Shown here: positions 1-11,655 of the stretch, one piece after another
Numbering within the stretch: position 1 is the first letter of the stretch
Layout: every line of letters begins with the position of its first letter
Assembly (NCBI RefSeq): GCF_000400465.1
Contig: NW_008806279.1
Location: 30,001 to 62,000 of the forward strand
DNA: 32,000 bases
Direction of reading: 5' to 3'
Source of the DNA: Wallemia ichthyophaga EXF-994
Taxonomy: Eukaryota; Fungi; Basidiomycota
Translations under genes and position numbers: made by a program
Notes under the pieces: generated by a model
Database searches by the model: none
What the model saw: the letters and a program-made list of their open reading frames with translations, nothing else
Told to the model about the DNA's origin: nothing

Positions 1-1
1 T

Positions 2-1753
2 TACAAGACTATCGTTGGTGTCTCTGCTGATTTTTTCCAAGAGGAGGACGGTAAAGATGCAACCAAGAAAATCACCGCTAAAGGATTGAACAAAAAGATG
101 AAAAAGGCATACGAAGAGAAAGCTAGAAGGAACCGTGCCATAGACAGTGATGACAATTATGATCAGCTTGAGAGTGAAGATGATGAGGTTGGCAATAGTG
201 GTAAAGATGGTGAGACACCGCTATTTGAGGATTCAGATGAGGATATTCCAAGGCGACTCCGTCGCTCACGACCTACACGTGCCAATCGCTCTGAGTCAGC
301 AGAAGAAGATCAGGATGGTCGTCATTCTATTGACCAGGGTACCTCCAATCAACCTGCAAAATTGAGGGACGCCATGGGTCCCGGAAATGAAAGCACTAAT
401 GAAGAGATGCAATCCAACACTGTACAAGGAAAAGACTTCCAACCTCCACACAGAGATAAATCTGCCACTCCAGGAGACGCATCACATCCTCCAAATAAGT
501 CTTTCAATCACACAAGTAACGTCATCGAAACTCTCGAAGAGAATGGTCCGCAAAGTGAAGACGAGGTGCATGCAAATGACGAAGAGAAGGGGAGTGAGAG
601 GGAGAATGAAGAAAAGATTGTTCAAGAGGATGAAAAGGAAAACGAAGATGAAGATGTTCGTATGCAAGTTGAAGAGGGAGGTGACAAGCAGACTGGGAAT
701 ATTGGAGACTCTCAGCAGATACAACTCGAGCAAGAGCCAGGACAATTGCCTAGTCATTCTTCTCCACAGGAAAGATCTGACAATGTGCCTGTTTCACCTT
801 CTCAAACAAGACATTCTCATGAGCCAAATCAATCGCCTCAGCCAGTCAAAGAGGCACATCAATCAAACGAATCTGCCACTCACGAAACACAGGATGCATC
901 TCAATATCGTGCTTCTACAGAATTAGACACTCAAGAGCCTCGGGAGGTACCTCAACCTCGTGCTGTGGAAGAACCAACCACTCAACAGCCACCGGAAGAA
1001 GCAGCAAAAAACATGGACGACAAGGAAGATGAGAAGGAGGATGAAAAAGAGGACGAGAAAGAAGATGAGAAAGAAGACGAAAAGGAGGATGAGAAGGAAG
1101 ACGAGAAGGAAGACGAAGAGGAAGTAATAGTTGATGAAACAGACGAACCAACTCAAGTCGATCAAGATAAAAAACAAAGTGGACCAGAAGAGAAAGAAAT
1201 TACAGAAGAGATATCACATGCACTCGGTGATCCAAACATCCAATCACTCACTAATAGACTTGACAACGTTGATGACAGACGTCGAGCAGAATTGGAAAGA
1301 CGCAATGCGAATGTAGATGAGCTACAAGGTCTAGATGAGGAGGAGCTCGATGATATGATTCTTGGTGACAGTGAAGTTAAAGTGAAAGAGAGAATATGGA
1401 TGGAGTTCAACAAAGACTATCTCGAAAAGATTGCCATTCGTCAAGCTACAGGTCAAGATACGCAGAAGAAGCCACGTCGCAAAAAGCGTAAGGCTAAAGA
1501 ACAGTCAGTAAAGCCTGAGAATCTGACAGAGGCAGCGTCGCAAGTTCTCAAACAGCGTAAGGTATCAAAGAAAATCAATTATGGTGCGCTTGAAGGACTG
1601 TTTCACAAAGACAACAGAGAAGTCAACAGCTTGGCACCGGGTGAAGTAGATGAAAAAGAAGATGAGAAAGAAGACGAAGAGGAAGAAGGGGATGCTGAAG
1701 AGCACCCTGCGCCTGAGTATGGTGAAGAATTTTCAGATAACGACATGGACTGA
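2..1753 (+). CDS. BRF1: TFIIIB subunit Brf1, C-terminal part (5' end lies upstream of the window)
   Basis: Frame is open from position 2 to TGA at 1753. The C-terminus KERIWMEFNKDYLEK...EAASQVLKQRKVSKKINYGALEGLF matches the Brf1 TBP-binding domain pattern (IW..N.DYL; S.KINY..L). It is preceded by a long acidic low-complexity linker. Confidence 0.8.
   Translation, partial: YKTIVGVSADFFQEEDGKDATKKITAKGLNKKMKKAYEEKARRNRAIDSDDNYDQLESEDDEVGNSGKDGETPLFEDSDEDIPRRLRRSRPTRANRSESAEEDQDGRHSIDQGTSNQPAKLRDAMGPGNESTNEEMQSNTVQGKDFQPPHRDKSATPGDASHPPNKSFNHTSNVIETLEENGPQSEDEVHANDEEKGSERENEEKIVQEDEKENEDEDVRMQVEEGGDKQTGNIGDSQQIQLEQEPGQLPSHSSPQERSDNVPVSPSQTRHSHEPNQSPQPVKEAHQSNESATHETQDASQYRASTELDTQEPREVPQPRAVEEPTTQQPPEEAAKNMDDKEDEKEDEKEDEKEDEKEDEKEDEKEDEKEDEEEVIVDETDEPTQVDQDKKQSGPEEKEITEEISHALGDPNIQSLTNRLDNVDDRRRAELERRNANVDELQGLDEEELDDMILGDSEVKVKERIWMEFNKDYLEKIAIRQATGQDTQKKPRRKKRKAKEQSVKPENLTEAASQVLKQRKVSKKINYGALEGLFHKDNREVNSLAPGEVDEKEDEKEDEEEEGDAEEHPAPEYGEEFSDNDMD
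1028..1123 (+). repeat. Coding 12-nt repeat: (DEKE)7 followed by DEEE
   Basis: GAY GAR AAR GAR x7 with synonymous variation between copies. A shorter echo (DEKEDEKEDEEEE) lies near 1648-1690. Confidence 0.9.
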
Positions 1754-1936
1754 AATCTTGATTAGCTGATTGGCTGATTTGTTGTACCATTATACAGACA
1801 TGTATCGTTATTTTTTCGCACTTACATATGCTTTGATGACGAACACATAGTCACTTGTAAAAGAAAGAAACAGTTATAAATGTGTGTTATTACTTTAAAA
1901 TATTCATTTTATTCGCAATTATAAGAAGGAAAGTTT

Positions 1937-3667
1937 TTAAGCTGATAAGAAAGAGTCTACAGTTTCACTAATCTTCTTCTCAATTGCCTTCTTAACTTCA
2001 TCGGATGGTTGACCAGTGCCGAGGAGCTTCATTAATTCAGAGTCAGCCTTGATAGATTCAGTTGCAGTCTTCTCCCAAGCAACAATCTTCTCAACTGGAA
2101 CCTTGTCCAATAAACCGTTGATACCAGCGTAGATCAATGGAATTTGAACTTCAACAGCCATTGGAGTGAATTGTGGTTGCTTCAACAATTCAGTCAAACG
2201 TTGACCTCTGTTCAACAAGAACTTGGTTGAGGCATCCAAATCGGAACCGAATTGAGCGAATGCAGCAACTTCACGGTATTGAGCGAGGTAAAGCTTAAGG
2301 GAACCTGCGACGGATTTCATCAACTTGGTTTGAGCTGCTGATCCGACACGAGAAACTGAAAGACCAACGTTAATGGCTGGACGGATACCCTTGAAGAAGA
2401 GTTCAGCTTCCAAGAAGATTTGACCGTCAGTGATAGAAATGACGTTAGTTGGAATGTAAGCTGAAACATCACCACCTTGAGTTTCAATAATTGGGAGAGC
2501 GGTCATAGAACCACCACCGTGAGCGTCAGACATCTTTGCTGAACGTTCCAAAAGACGTGAGTGAAGGTAGAAAACATCACCTGGGTAAGCTTCACGACCT
2601 GGTGGACGACGGAGCAAGAGAGACATTTGACGGTATGCAACAGCTTGCTTGGAAAGATCGTCAAAGACGACAAGGGAGTGGCGACCGTTGTCACGGAACC
2701 ATTCACCGACAGCTGCACCGGTGAAAGGTGCCAAGTATTGAAGAGGAGCGGCCTCGGAGGCAGTAGCAGCGACGACAACGGAGTACTTCATAGCGTCATT
2801 CTCTTCAAGGGTTTGAACGAGTTGAGCGACGGTTGAACGCTTTTGACCGACAGCAACGTAAACACAGTAAAGCTTCTTCTTCTCCTCACCGGAGCTGTTC
2901 CAACGCTTTTGGTTGAGGATGGTGTCGAGAGCGACGGCGGTCTTACCGGTTTGACGGTCACCAATGATAAGCTCACGTTGACCACGACCGATTGGAACCA
3001 TGGCATCGACAGGCTTCATACCAGTTTGCATTGGCTCAGAGACAGAGGTACGTGGAAGGATACCTGGAGCCTTAACGGAAGCCTTACGACGTTCGGTAGT
3101 TTCGATTGGGCCTTTACCATCGATTGGGTTACCAAGGGCGTCAATGACACGACCAAGCATGGCTGGACCAACAGGAACATCGACAATTTGACCAGTACGC
3201 TTAACTGTGTCACCTTCACGGATACCACGGTCAGAACCGAAGACGGAAACACCAACGTTGTCAGCTTCCAAGTTAAGGGCCATACCGCGGACACCGGAAG
3301 CGAATTCAACCATCTCTTCGGCTTGGATGTTACGGAGACCGTAAACACGGGCGATACCATCACCGATGCCTTAAATGAGATTAGATGATTGTATTCTTGA
3401 TCAATTTTACTTTAAAAACTCACTCAAAACACGGCCAGTCTCTTGGACATCACCAGTAGCGCCAACACCAGAGATACGTTGCTCAAGGATGTTTGAAACT
3501 TCAGATGCAGCTGGCTTGGCTGTTGCGTAAGTGCGGGCCAAAGCTGGGCGTGACTGTGGAGTGGAGTGAGTGGGCGTGTCGGTGCAAGTCAACCAATAAA
3601 ATCTCACCATCTTTGCGAAGTTTACAACGCCACGCAATGCGGCAGGTCTGAATGCAGCTCTATGCAT
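1937..3667 (-). CDS. ATP1: Mitochondrial F1 ATP synthase alpha subunit; complement(join(1937..3369,3424..3553,3608..3667)), 540 aa
   Basis: Contains GDRQTGKT (Walker A), [23 protein letters not shown] and [13 protein letters not shown]. Two GT-AG introns restore MHRAAF... presequence plus [11 protein letters not shown]. Spliced length 1623 nt is divisible by 3. Confidence 0.98.
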
Positions 3668-4217
3668 TTTTATCTTTTATTTGAGATGAAAGTTGAGCGG
3701 AATCCAGCTCAAGGCCGAGTTATGAGATTTTATTTGAAAATTTGAAGTCTAAATTGGAAGTGGTTAATATGATGGGAAGTATTCTAATTGTATAAATATC
3801 TAATTTATATCTTTTTTACTTTTCTCTCGGCTAGCTTGGATAAAGACTTACGAAATCCGATTATTGGATAGGTGGCGAGGGGTGCTTGGTGATTGTTGCT
3901 TTGAAATGGCTATAACACGCGTAAACTACATACCAACACACAGCTTATACTATCATTCTCTTATTCATCAATATCCGACGATATCCACCGTCTGTTTGCG
4001 TTGGGCATACAAAGCTGAATTTTTTTGAATTAAATCAGTTCTAGCAACTAAATTACCTTATAAATCTAATTTGCATCTCTTTATTCGAAGTTTCTATAAA
4101 AATAATCGACACAGCTATTTTTATACTCTAGGATCGCCATCATCATCCATCTCGCACGACTGGGACGATTGAGGCGTTTATCTTTAATTTATAGAAACAT
4201 ACACGCGACGCAACAGA

Positions 4218-5405
4218 ATGGTAAGAAATATCCGCGTCTTGAATCGTTTTCTCTTACGCTTGTTGGTACAGGGCAGGCGTAAGATTACTATAGCTCCTTT
4301 GAAGGAGGATCGTAATAGATCAGTCACCTTTTTAAAGCGTAAGACTGGCTTATTCAAGAAGGCACATGAATTGGGTGTTCTATGTTCTGCAGATGTCGCT
4401 GTCATTGTCTTTGGTAATAACGGCAAGCTACATGAATTCTCTAGTGGAAATATTGAAAAGATTTTGATGAAGTATACGGAGCACTCTGGTGAAACTGAGC
4501 GTCGGGGGCCGCGCGATTTCACTGATTCAAATGAGAACGATGACAATGATAATGATATTGAGCAAGATAATGAGCATGATGATAATATGGAACATCATCA
4601 ATCTACTCATTCACCGAGTGTTAGCGTTAGTGCAAGACAAGATGATAAAGACATCAAACCGCGCATCCAAGTCGATCAATTGGGTGATGAAAATGCTCAC
4701 TCACCTTCACCGTCATTTACGCAAAACCATCCAGCGCACCCACCGCAGCTGCCTCGATCTCCAAAACCAATCTCCCCGAAACCACTTTCACCTTATCCTA
4801 TGCCTTCGTCTTTCTTGTCTCCAAACTCACACACTCAACCACAGCATAATGAAACGTTTATGAATTGGCAATTTGCGCAGATGCAAGCTCAGATGATGTC
4901 ACAACAGCAACAGCAACAGCAACAGCAACATCAACATCAACAGCAACATCAACAGAGAACAACTCAACCATCACCGCAGCAGCATTTCTTATCACCATCA
5001 ACACACCTCCTCAATCCAAACTCACCCAATAGCTCTCATCCACCACCGCCGTTTTTTGCATCGCCAAACATGTCTAATATGCCAGGTATGCCATGGTACG
5101 CTCCCATTCCACCTGTAGCATGGCCACCACCTCCTGCGCCTCCCTCTCAACTACCAAATTCCATGTTCATGGATCCCTTCCAATTCCCCTTGGAGGGATT
5201 TGGTGGCTCATCAGAAACTCCATTCCAGTGGCCGATTTCAAATAAAGATAGTAGCAACGATAACAGTAGCGCACAAAATCCTCAAAATCCTCATGCCCAT
5301 AAATCAGCTGGTTCTGATACGGCTGCAAGCACAACAACGACAGCGACACCTGTCAAGACGGAAGATGACTCACCACGACCTGGAAAGCGAACGCGAAAAA
5401 GTTAG
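4218..5405 (+). CDS. RLM1: MEF2-type MADS-box transcription factor (Rlm1/Smp1-like); join(4218..4220,4272..5405)
   Basis: ATG|GTAAG...CTTAC...TACAG|GGC gives the canonical [39 protein letters not shown] start, followed by MEF2-like KILMKYTEH. The C-terminus is Q/P-rich. Confidence 0.85.
   Translation: MVRNIRVLNRFLLRLLVQGRRKITIAPLKEDRNRSVTFLKRKTGLFKKAHELGVLCSADVAVIVFGNNGKLHEFSSGNIEKILMKYTEHSGETERRGPRDFTDSNENDDNDNDIEQDNEHDDNMEHHQSTHSPSVSVSARQDDKDIKPRIQVDQLGDENAHSPSPSFTQNHPAHPPQLPRSPKPISPKPLSPYPMPSSFLSPNSHTQPQHNETFMNWQFAQMQAQMMSQQQQQQQQQHQHQQQHQQRTTQPSPQQHFLSPSTHLLNPNSPNSSHPPPPFFASPNMSNMPGMPWYAPIPPVAWPPPPAPPSQLPNSMFMDPFQFPLEGFGGSSETPFQWPISNKDSSNDNSSAQNPQNPHAHKSAGSDTAASTTTTATPVKTEDDSPRPGKRTRKS
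4902..4955 (+). repeat. Coding poly-Gln/His tract (CAA/CAG)
   Basis: Encodes [18 protein letters not shown] (18 codons). Confidence 0.9.
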
Positions 5406-6095
5406 TGTGCTCAAGTTCAAGGTTGAACTGAAATTGAAATTATGGATGGACACTTTTCGTGCTTTTCAACTTATAAAGATAATTAAACAGATTTTTTTTA
5501 TGTCGCTTTATTTCATAGATGAACACTTTTCACTTTGTTGAAACTAAAGTTGTATCTGCATTTTTAGCCTGTCGATAGAAAAGCTGTTGTATGTGAGACA
5601 CGGTAATATCCTGCAAAATTCTGAAATTTAAGCAGAGATTTGCAGGGACGTTGAGAGGAAGGGTACATCCACTTCTCATTCTCAATAAGTCTGAATCGAT
5701 GATACCTTTAAGCCTAAGATTCTGATTTAGATTTTGAGTGCATTTAAGTATTGTTGCATCTGAATAATAATGCACAAGTTATCAGTGTATTACAGTAATA
5801 TTAAGCTATAGTACTTTTACTCGCATCTTTTCAATTATAGTGAGACTATCCTTGTTGGTGGCAAATTTAGCAGACCTTCTTGATGTCTTTTCAACGAGAC
5901 ACCCAAAATTGAAAAGTACCAAAATCGTATTGACAGGAGCATTCTCAACTGAGGTTTGCGTCGCTATCATATCCCTACGCCAAGAACATGTCTTGATATC
6001 AAATTGTACAAGAGTTATTTCTCATTCACTCACTTATGAAATTACCTTGATAAAATATTGCCAACAAAACACATAAATACTTGTCAAAAACAAAC

Positions 6096-8944
6096 TTACA
6101 AGACATCCTGACTCCTCTTCAAATCCCAATCAATCCGCTCGCTAATCTGTTTTATATTGCTAACGATGTGATCTTGCACATCGTCGCCATGACCAGCAGC
6201 GATTTTGAGAATGATTTGATTCAGGGGAGTTGAGCCGAGTATATCGACATGGTCGCCTGTGTTATCCCCACCTCTAAGATCGAGACTATCAGGCTGATGT
6301 TCCACTTCATACGTAACTATCCGGCTGTTGCCTGGGTTGTAGCGTCTATCTTCGCGCCTCCAACCTTCCGCACACATTGCACCTAGAGATGTAAGCGACA
6401 CTGTGCCATCGCCTTGACCAAATTTGACGCCATTCGATACACTAGGCGTAGTACTGTCAGTGCTAAAGTCATTTTCGATGGCGTGTTGAGACGTTAATGG
6501 CAAATCTTCTTGCGATTCATGCGTAACAGTGCAATTTTCCGCCTCACATCGTCCCACCTCGAGATCAGACTGAAGCTGCTGATGCGTCTTGGGTCCTTCG
6601 CTGTAATAGTATGAACGCTGAAGATATTTCATTAGAGGCGTTCGTTGCTTAGATTTTCGGTTTAAAGTCTTCCCACTTACTTCTGTTGGTTTACCCACAC
6701 CGTAAACACAGTAGATGGACATCGACGGCGCATTTGGGAGACGCGTTTCGAGGGGATTTGACCATTTAGTAGGATCATTGTTGTTTGCATCAAGCTAGAA
6801 AAATGTGAGTCTTATTGTCTTCATACACACCACGCATCACCAACCTTTTCCTCATCGATCTCAATACCGTATGAATAGTTGGTCTGCATCATCTTCTGCC
6901 AAACTTGAGGCGTATTGCTTAGTATGTAAGGATTAGATTCGGACATGGTGTAGTTGGTGCGAGTGTTGTTAGCGGCGTGGTTGTCGCGTATAGATAAAAA
7001 GCGGCCTGGATTGTTCACATTAGTGAGTAGCCGCCACTAGAGCACCCACGCACCATACGTGTCTGTCGTGTTGGCTGGATCGTCAGGCGCACTGTTCTCG
7101 TCACCCCACACTGCATCACCCCCCTTCATCCACATACCCGCTATACCAAACCACGAGCGGAAGAGATCAGCGCGCTCCTCCTTGCTGAAGAACTTCTCGA
7201 GAGCGTATGCCCCAGCGGGATTCAGCTCCACAGTGTCTTTCATCTCACCCGAAAGGAGTGCTGTCATAGCTGATGGTGGAGTGGTGGCGTCAACAAGGCA
7301 GCTCAGCTTAGCTTTGAATATCCCACTCACCCTTGGGCACACCGAGTAGTGTGCCGGATATGTTTATTAGAGACTCTATGTGATCCTCTACCCATCGATC
7401 ACCACCCCCGCCATATCCTTCCGCTTCTACCCATTTGAAGAAGTACTATGCGTGGTTTAGTACTGTGTTGAGCTCAGAGCTCTTCTCGCTCCACTCACAA
7501 GCAAAACTGTGCCACCCATCGAATGTGAAGCGAGCTTGAATGGTGTGTTAAGGAAACGAAACGCAATCAACGCCTGCAGTTCCTCTCACAATTGTCTTTT
7601 TGCCGTGTATCTTTTTGTTCAGCTCTATGCGACTCTTTACTCGCGTGAAGTAGCTGTCGCGGTTTTCGAGATTCGTGTAAGCAAGTCTCCAGCTGGCAGG
7701 GACGTCATTGGAATGTCAGACGAAGACATGCTAACACTCACTCATATGCAGCCATTTCGAGATCTTGAATATCATATTAGATGGCCAAGTAGTGTACTAG
7801 TGTATGAAAGAACCTACTATTTGTATCGTCTGGGCTGTGTTAATGTTGGTATTGCGTATTTCTCCACTCACAATTGATGCATGCCAGATTCTCTATAATG
7901 GGTCTCCAGACCCAGTATCTTAGTGGGTCATTAGAGAGTTGTTGCTAGTAGACGCCCACTCACCCTTGCATGAACATACTCGCCGCATCGAGACCTTGCG
8001 CAGGTCTGACGCGTACACCAGCAGGATCTAAACCAGTGTCGCTTTCTCGGATTAGGAACGCACTCCGCCGCTAATATTTCCACCCACCAATCGAGAGAAA
8101 TTTGTCTAATCCACTCATTTTTATCCGCGAAAATACTCTTAAACATGCTAACATGTATGAGCGTGCTAAAATACAATCTGAAGAACAGACCCACGTATGT
8201 GTACCCCAGATCCGCTGTCTGAAACTCGCCAGGCTGCCTGCATCTGTTGACCAGGACTCGAGACCGGTAGTGATTACACCCGGGAAGAGCATCAAAGGGC
8301 TGTTAGCAGTAAGGCCATCTTCAGCAGCTGCCAAACCAGTTTTGAAACCGCGCGAGCTGAACCAGAGCTTAGCATCACTGATGCGTGTGGTGAGGTCATC
8401 GAAGAGGTACTCCCACTGAGCGCCCAGACCGGATAGATCAAAGTCAGGCAGATCAGCCAGTCCATTTGGGAGAGGGGCGAGTATTATAGATGCCAATGCA
8501 AACCCAATGCTGAGAAATAGGGGTAAGAGGAAGCGTCTAGTTTTCACGACGCGTTTCGTGCGCTTGAACGCGCCTTTGCGGTTGGCTTTGTCGTTTTCGC
8601 TGTGTGCTTGAGCGTGTTGAAGGAAAGGGATCTGTGGGGCGTGAGGGAGTGTGTGCGTGTCGATCGAGCTGCGTACTTCGGACAAGTCGACTGAAATTGA
8701 GTACTGTGAGAAAAGCCGGGAGTACACGAGAAGACGTTCTACCCACTCTCGTGCAACGGCGTTCCTGGCGCAACCTGCCAAGATTAAGCAGCGAATCGAG
8801 TAATAAGCTTCTACGCACCACCGAATATGATTTACGGCGAGGATCGTGCCTCAATTTCACCTGAAGCTCAGTGGCCTTCAGTTGTTCCTCTTTCTCCTTG
8901 TCCTGTCCCGCTTGCTGCATTTTCCGGCGCTGATAGATGCCCAT
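6096..8944 (-). CDS. LRO1: Phospholipid:diacylglycerol acyltransferase (PDAT/LCAT family), multi-exon; start codon and first exons less certain
   Basis: N-terminal TM segment (RRFLLPLFLSIGFALASIILA), then LFPGVITTGLESW, DTGLDPAGVRVRPAQG, YWVWRPIIENLA, nucleophile ASHSMG (about 7514-7530), IYCVYGVGKPTE, GDGTVSL and DHVDILGS. Confidence 0.9.
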
Positions 8945-9007
8945 CCGAGGAGATGGAGATGGCTGTTAATCACCAACGAACTCAACCAATCAAATCGATC
9001 CATCGGA
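8945..9007. promoter_or_regulatory. Very short divergent intergenic region between LRO1 and CAX4, containing CCAAT (8984-8988)
   Basis: 63 bp lie between the two inferred ATGs. Promoter function is inferred from position only. Confidence 0.45.
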
Positions 9008-9708
9008 ATGGCAGCACTCACGCATTTGGATTTAACTTACGTGCAATATACGCTGGACTCCCACGTCAGCTTTCTTCTGGCTCACGTCACGTTGTTGCCC
9101 TTTGTGTGCGCATAGCCCTGGGATACACCACGACCGCTCACACCACGCAGCACTCTCAGCGCATATGCTGCCTTGGTATATTTCAACAGAGACGCTGTTA
9201 TTCTCAACGCGTTCGCCGGACAGCTCGCCAACGAGGGGCTGAATTTGGTGCTCAAGCGGTTATTCAGAATACGCAGACAAAGTGAGAATACGGTTTCTTT
9301 GTTTATATAGCGCTAATAGCCAAAATCCCAGCTATCGGCAATGGTTATGGTATGCCTTCCTCTCACGCTCAGTTCGCAGCGTATACAGCCACTTTCATAC
9401 TGCTACACCAGTACACTCGTCTGGGAAGGGTAGATTTGCAGGCGTGGTGTGCTTGTGCCGTCGCTCTCCTCGTCGCTTACAGTCGACACCACCTCAGCTA
9501 CCACACCACCAACCAGATCATCGTAGGCTGGGCTATCGGTGCCCTTTTCGCAGTTTTCTACTTCAATCTCACTGAGGTTTCGTGTGGGTTGCGTGTAAGA
9601 AGGAAGTCTCTGCTGGGGAAGCTGTGCGGGATGCTGAGACATACCAGGTTGTTCATCGTGCATACCCTTTCGCTCAACGATCCAACACTAAGCATTAGGC
9701 GGAGTTGA
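9008..9708 (+). CDS. CAX4: Dolichyl pyrophosphate phosphatase (PAP2 family, Cax4/DOLPP1-like), 3 or more exons; 3' end approximate
   Basis: LDLTYVQY, GQLANEGLNLVLKRLFRIRR, GYGMPSSHAQF and AYSRHHLSYHTTNQIIVG are the three PAP2 motifs in their DOLPP1 variants. Confidence 0.85.
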
Positions 9709-9922
9709 TGTGAATTTGTGCATCTCTGTATGCGCTTATGTATGCGTATATCTAATTATATACATGTTGACAATGCAGGTGTTTTGTTATGTGCAATATC
9801 TATACGATCCGAGGCAGTGAAATTGATTGGTATGATCCTATTATGTTGGAAATAAGATATCGTTAGTTGAATTGTTCCGTTCTATGCGTGGAAGTGCAAG
9901 TCTCAAGTGAAATAAAAGGTGG

Positions 9923-9950
9923 AAAGTGAAAAGTGAAAAGTGAAAAGTGA
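9923..9950 (+). repeat. (AAAGTGA)4 simple repeat in the 3' region of the MFS gene
   Basis: Four perfect 7-nt copies. Confidence 0.85.
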
Positions 9951-9980
9951 AGAGAAGAATCCGTTCCGCCATAGGTCGCC

Positions 9981-11655
9981 TCACTTGGAAGCCTTGCCGG
10001 CTTCTCCGTCGCCCTTCTCGTCTATAGACAACCTCGGTGATTCCTGATCCGAGAGGTTGTAATTTACAAACTCGTTCTCGTCCTTCTCATAGTAATGCAG
10101 CTTCGCGACGACGGGAATAGCCAGTATAATACCTACGAAAAGACCGATGAAGTTAATGTAGATGTGCACCGTCGATGTAGTATCTACTCTCTGGCTGATG
10201 GCCCATGCTACCGTCTGACCCAACGCCTCTGCCGAACGCAGGATACAAACGTAGGTAGAGAGGTTGTTCACACCACACGCATAGTGGCCCACAACCCAAT
10301 AGAGGTAATTTTGAGAGCCCTGCAGAGGATTAGAAGGTTGTATTTGGAGCCGTCGCCAACTCACCTGACCGACGAAAGTCATAAAAAAGACGACAGGGAA
10401 AGCTCTGTTAAATTCATAGGAAGCACCAGTGAAATCGAGCGCAACTGAGTTATTTGTACCGTAAATCGATCTAATAACAGCTATCCAAGTCCACAGACCC
10501 ATCTCGCAGAAGAAAAGAATGGCCAACATAGTCAGGCCTTTGGTCTTCTCACTCCAGCGCTTGCTATCGAGGTAGAAGCCCATCAGGACGGAGCTGATAA
10601 TGGCACCGAATGGGCTAATAAAGCTGGAGAGTGCACGTGTGCGTACGTTAAAGTACAAACTCGTGTAGTTGGACTGATAAGCGTAGTAAAAGTAGCTCAT
10701 GAAGAAGAGAGGTAGGAGCATGAAAACGCGTGGTTCTCTAAAAGCCTTCAACGTGCGCGTCATCTCAGTCACCAATCCATCTGTTTGGCGCATTTCTACT
10801 TTCGATCCGTCGCGTCTGTAAATGTTGGATGGGTTGGGGAAGAGGAAGGCTATTGCAAAGCCAGCAGCCATCAAGCTGAAGAAGACAATGTAGACGTTGG
10901 GATTTACTTTGCCTGAGTCGTACGAGTGTACGTTGAAGCCTAAACTGATGGAACCACCAAGTGCGAGAGGTGCAAGGTTCTTGGCCACACCCCACAACGC
11001 CAAGTAGCGTCCTCTATCGTCATTGGATGGGAGTGATGAGAAGATGGTACCCTCGGCAGCCCAGAATGCAGCGGCGCTGGTGGTTGTTAGCGGGTAATCA
11101 AGTGAGTGTTGTGAACACATACCTAATTCCACAGAGTACACTTCCACCTATAAGAAATCCGTCGTTGTGGGCGATGGAGTTGTAGTACAACGCGGCGCCA
11201 TCTGGGTTGAATTAGAACGAATACGGCACATTAAGAGCCACCCACAGACGCAGAAGAAGGCGCATCCAAGAATAAGCACCGGTTTGAGGCCGATATACGA
11301 TATAACAGGTGCAGATAGCAGGATACCGACAGTCATGAGGCCGTATACGAGTGCGTTGGCTACGGCGATAGCTTTGACACTACCGAAACCACCTGCGCCA
11401 AGATTACCGATGCCTTTAGAGGATAGTGTGAGTGAGGGTGTAAATTGGCTGTTAGTTGAGCTCACAATCAAACATTCCTGTGTGGCGTTAGAAGGCGCTT
11501 GATAGGTATCATGCAACTCACCAGGCTCGCATAGTGTCAAGATATTGGCAACCAGGCCTGCGTATGTTACAGTGCTGTAGAAGCCAGGTTTCTTGAAAAT
11601 CTGCATATCTGGTGAGTCTGTGGGTGTTGAGGATGGTATGAGTACACACAGCCAT
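9981..11655 (-). CDS. UNC-93-like (DUF895) MFS transporter, multi-exon
   Basis: About 12 hydrophobic segments. CEPG..GIGNLGAGG..ANALVYG and LLPLFFMSYFYYAYQSNYTSLYFNVRTRALSSF are typical of fungal UNC-93-like MFS proteins. The start is either MA|IFKK (ATG 11655) or ATG 11606. Confidence 0.8.

Noticed and set aside
2843-3388. 181-aa plus-strand ORF and other short ORFs overlapping ATP1
   Set aside because: Antisense artefacts of strongly biased codon usage in a highly expressed gene; no recognisable motifs.
4115-4124. Rlm1/MEF2-like TA(W)4TAG site (minus strand) in the MADS gene promoter, suggesting autoregulation
   Set aside because: A single degenerate A/T-rich match in an AT-rich region is expected by chance.
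5530-6076. Short ORFs (81 aa minus, 78 aa plus) between the MADS gene and LRO1
   Set aside because: They start at TTG/GTG in an AT-rich region, show no homology or coherent splice structure, and are more likely converging 3' UTRs.
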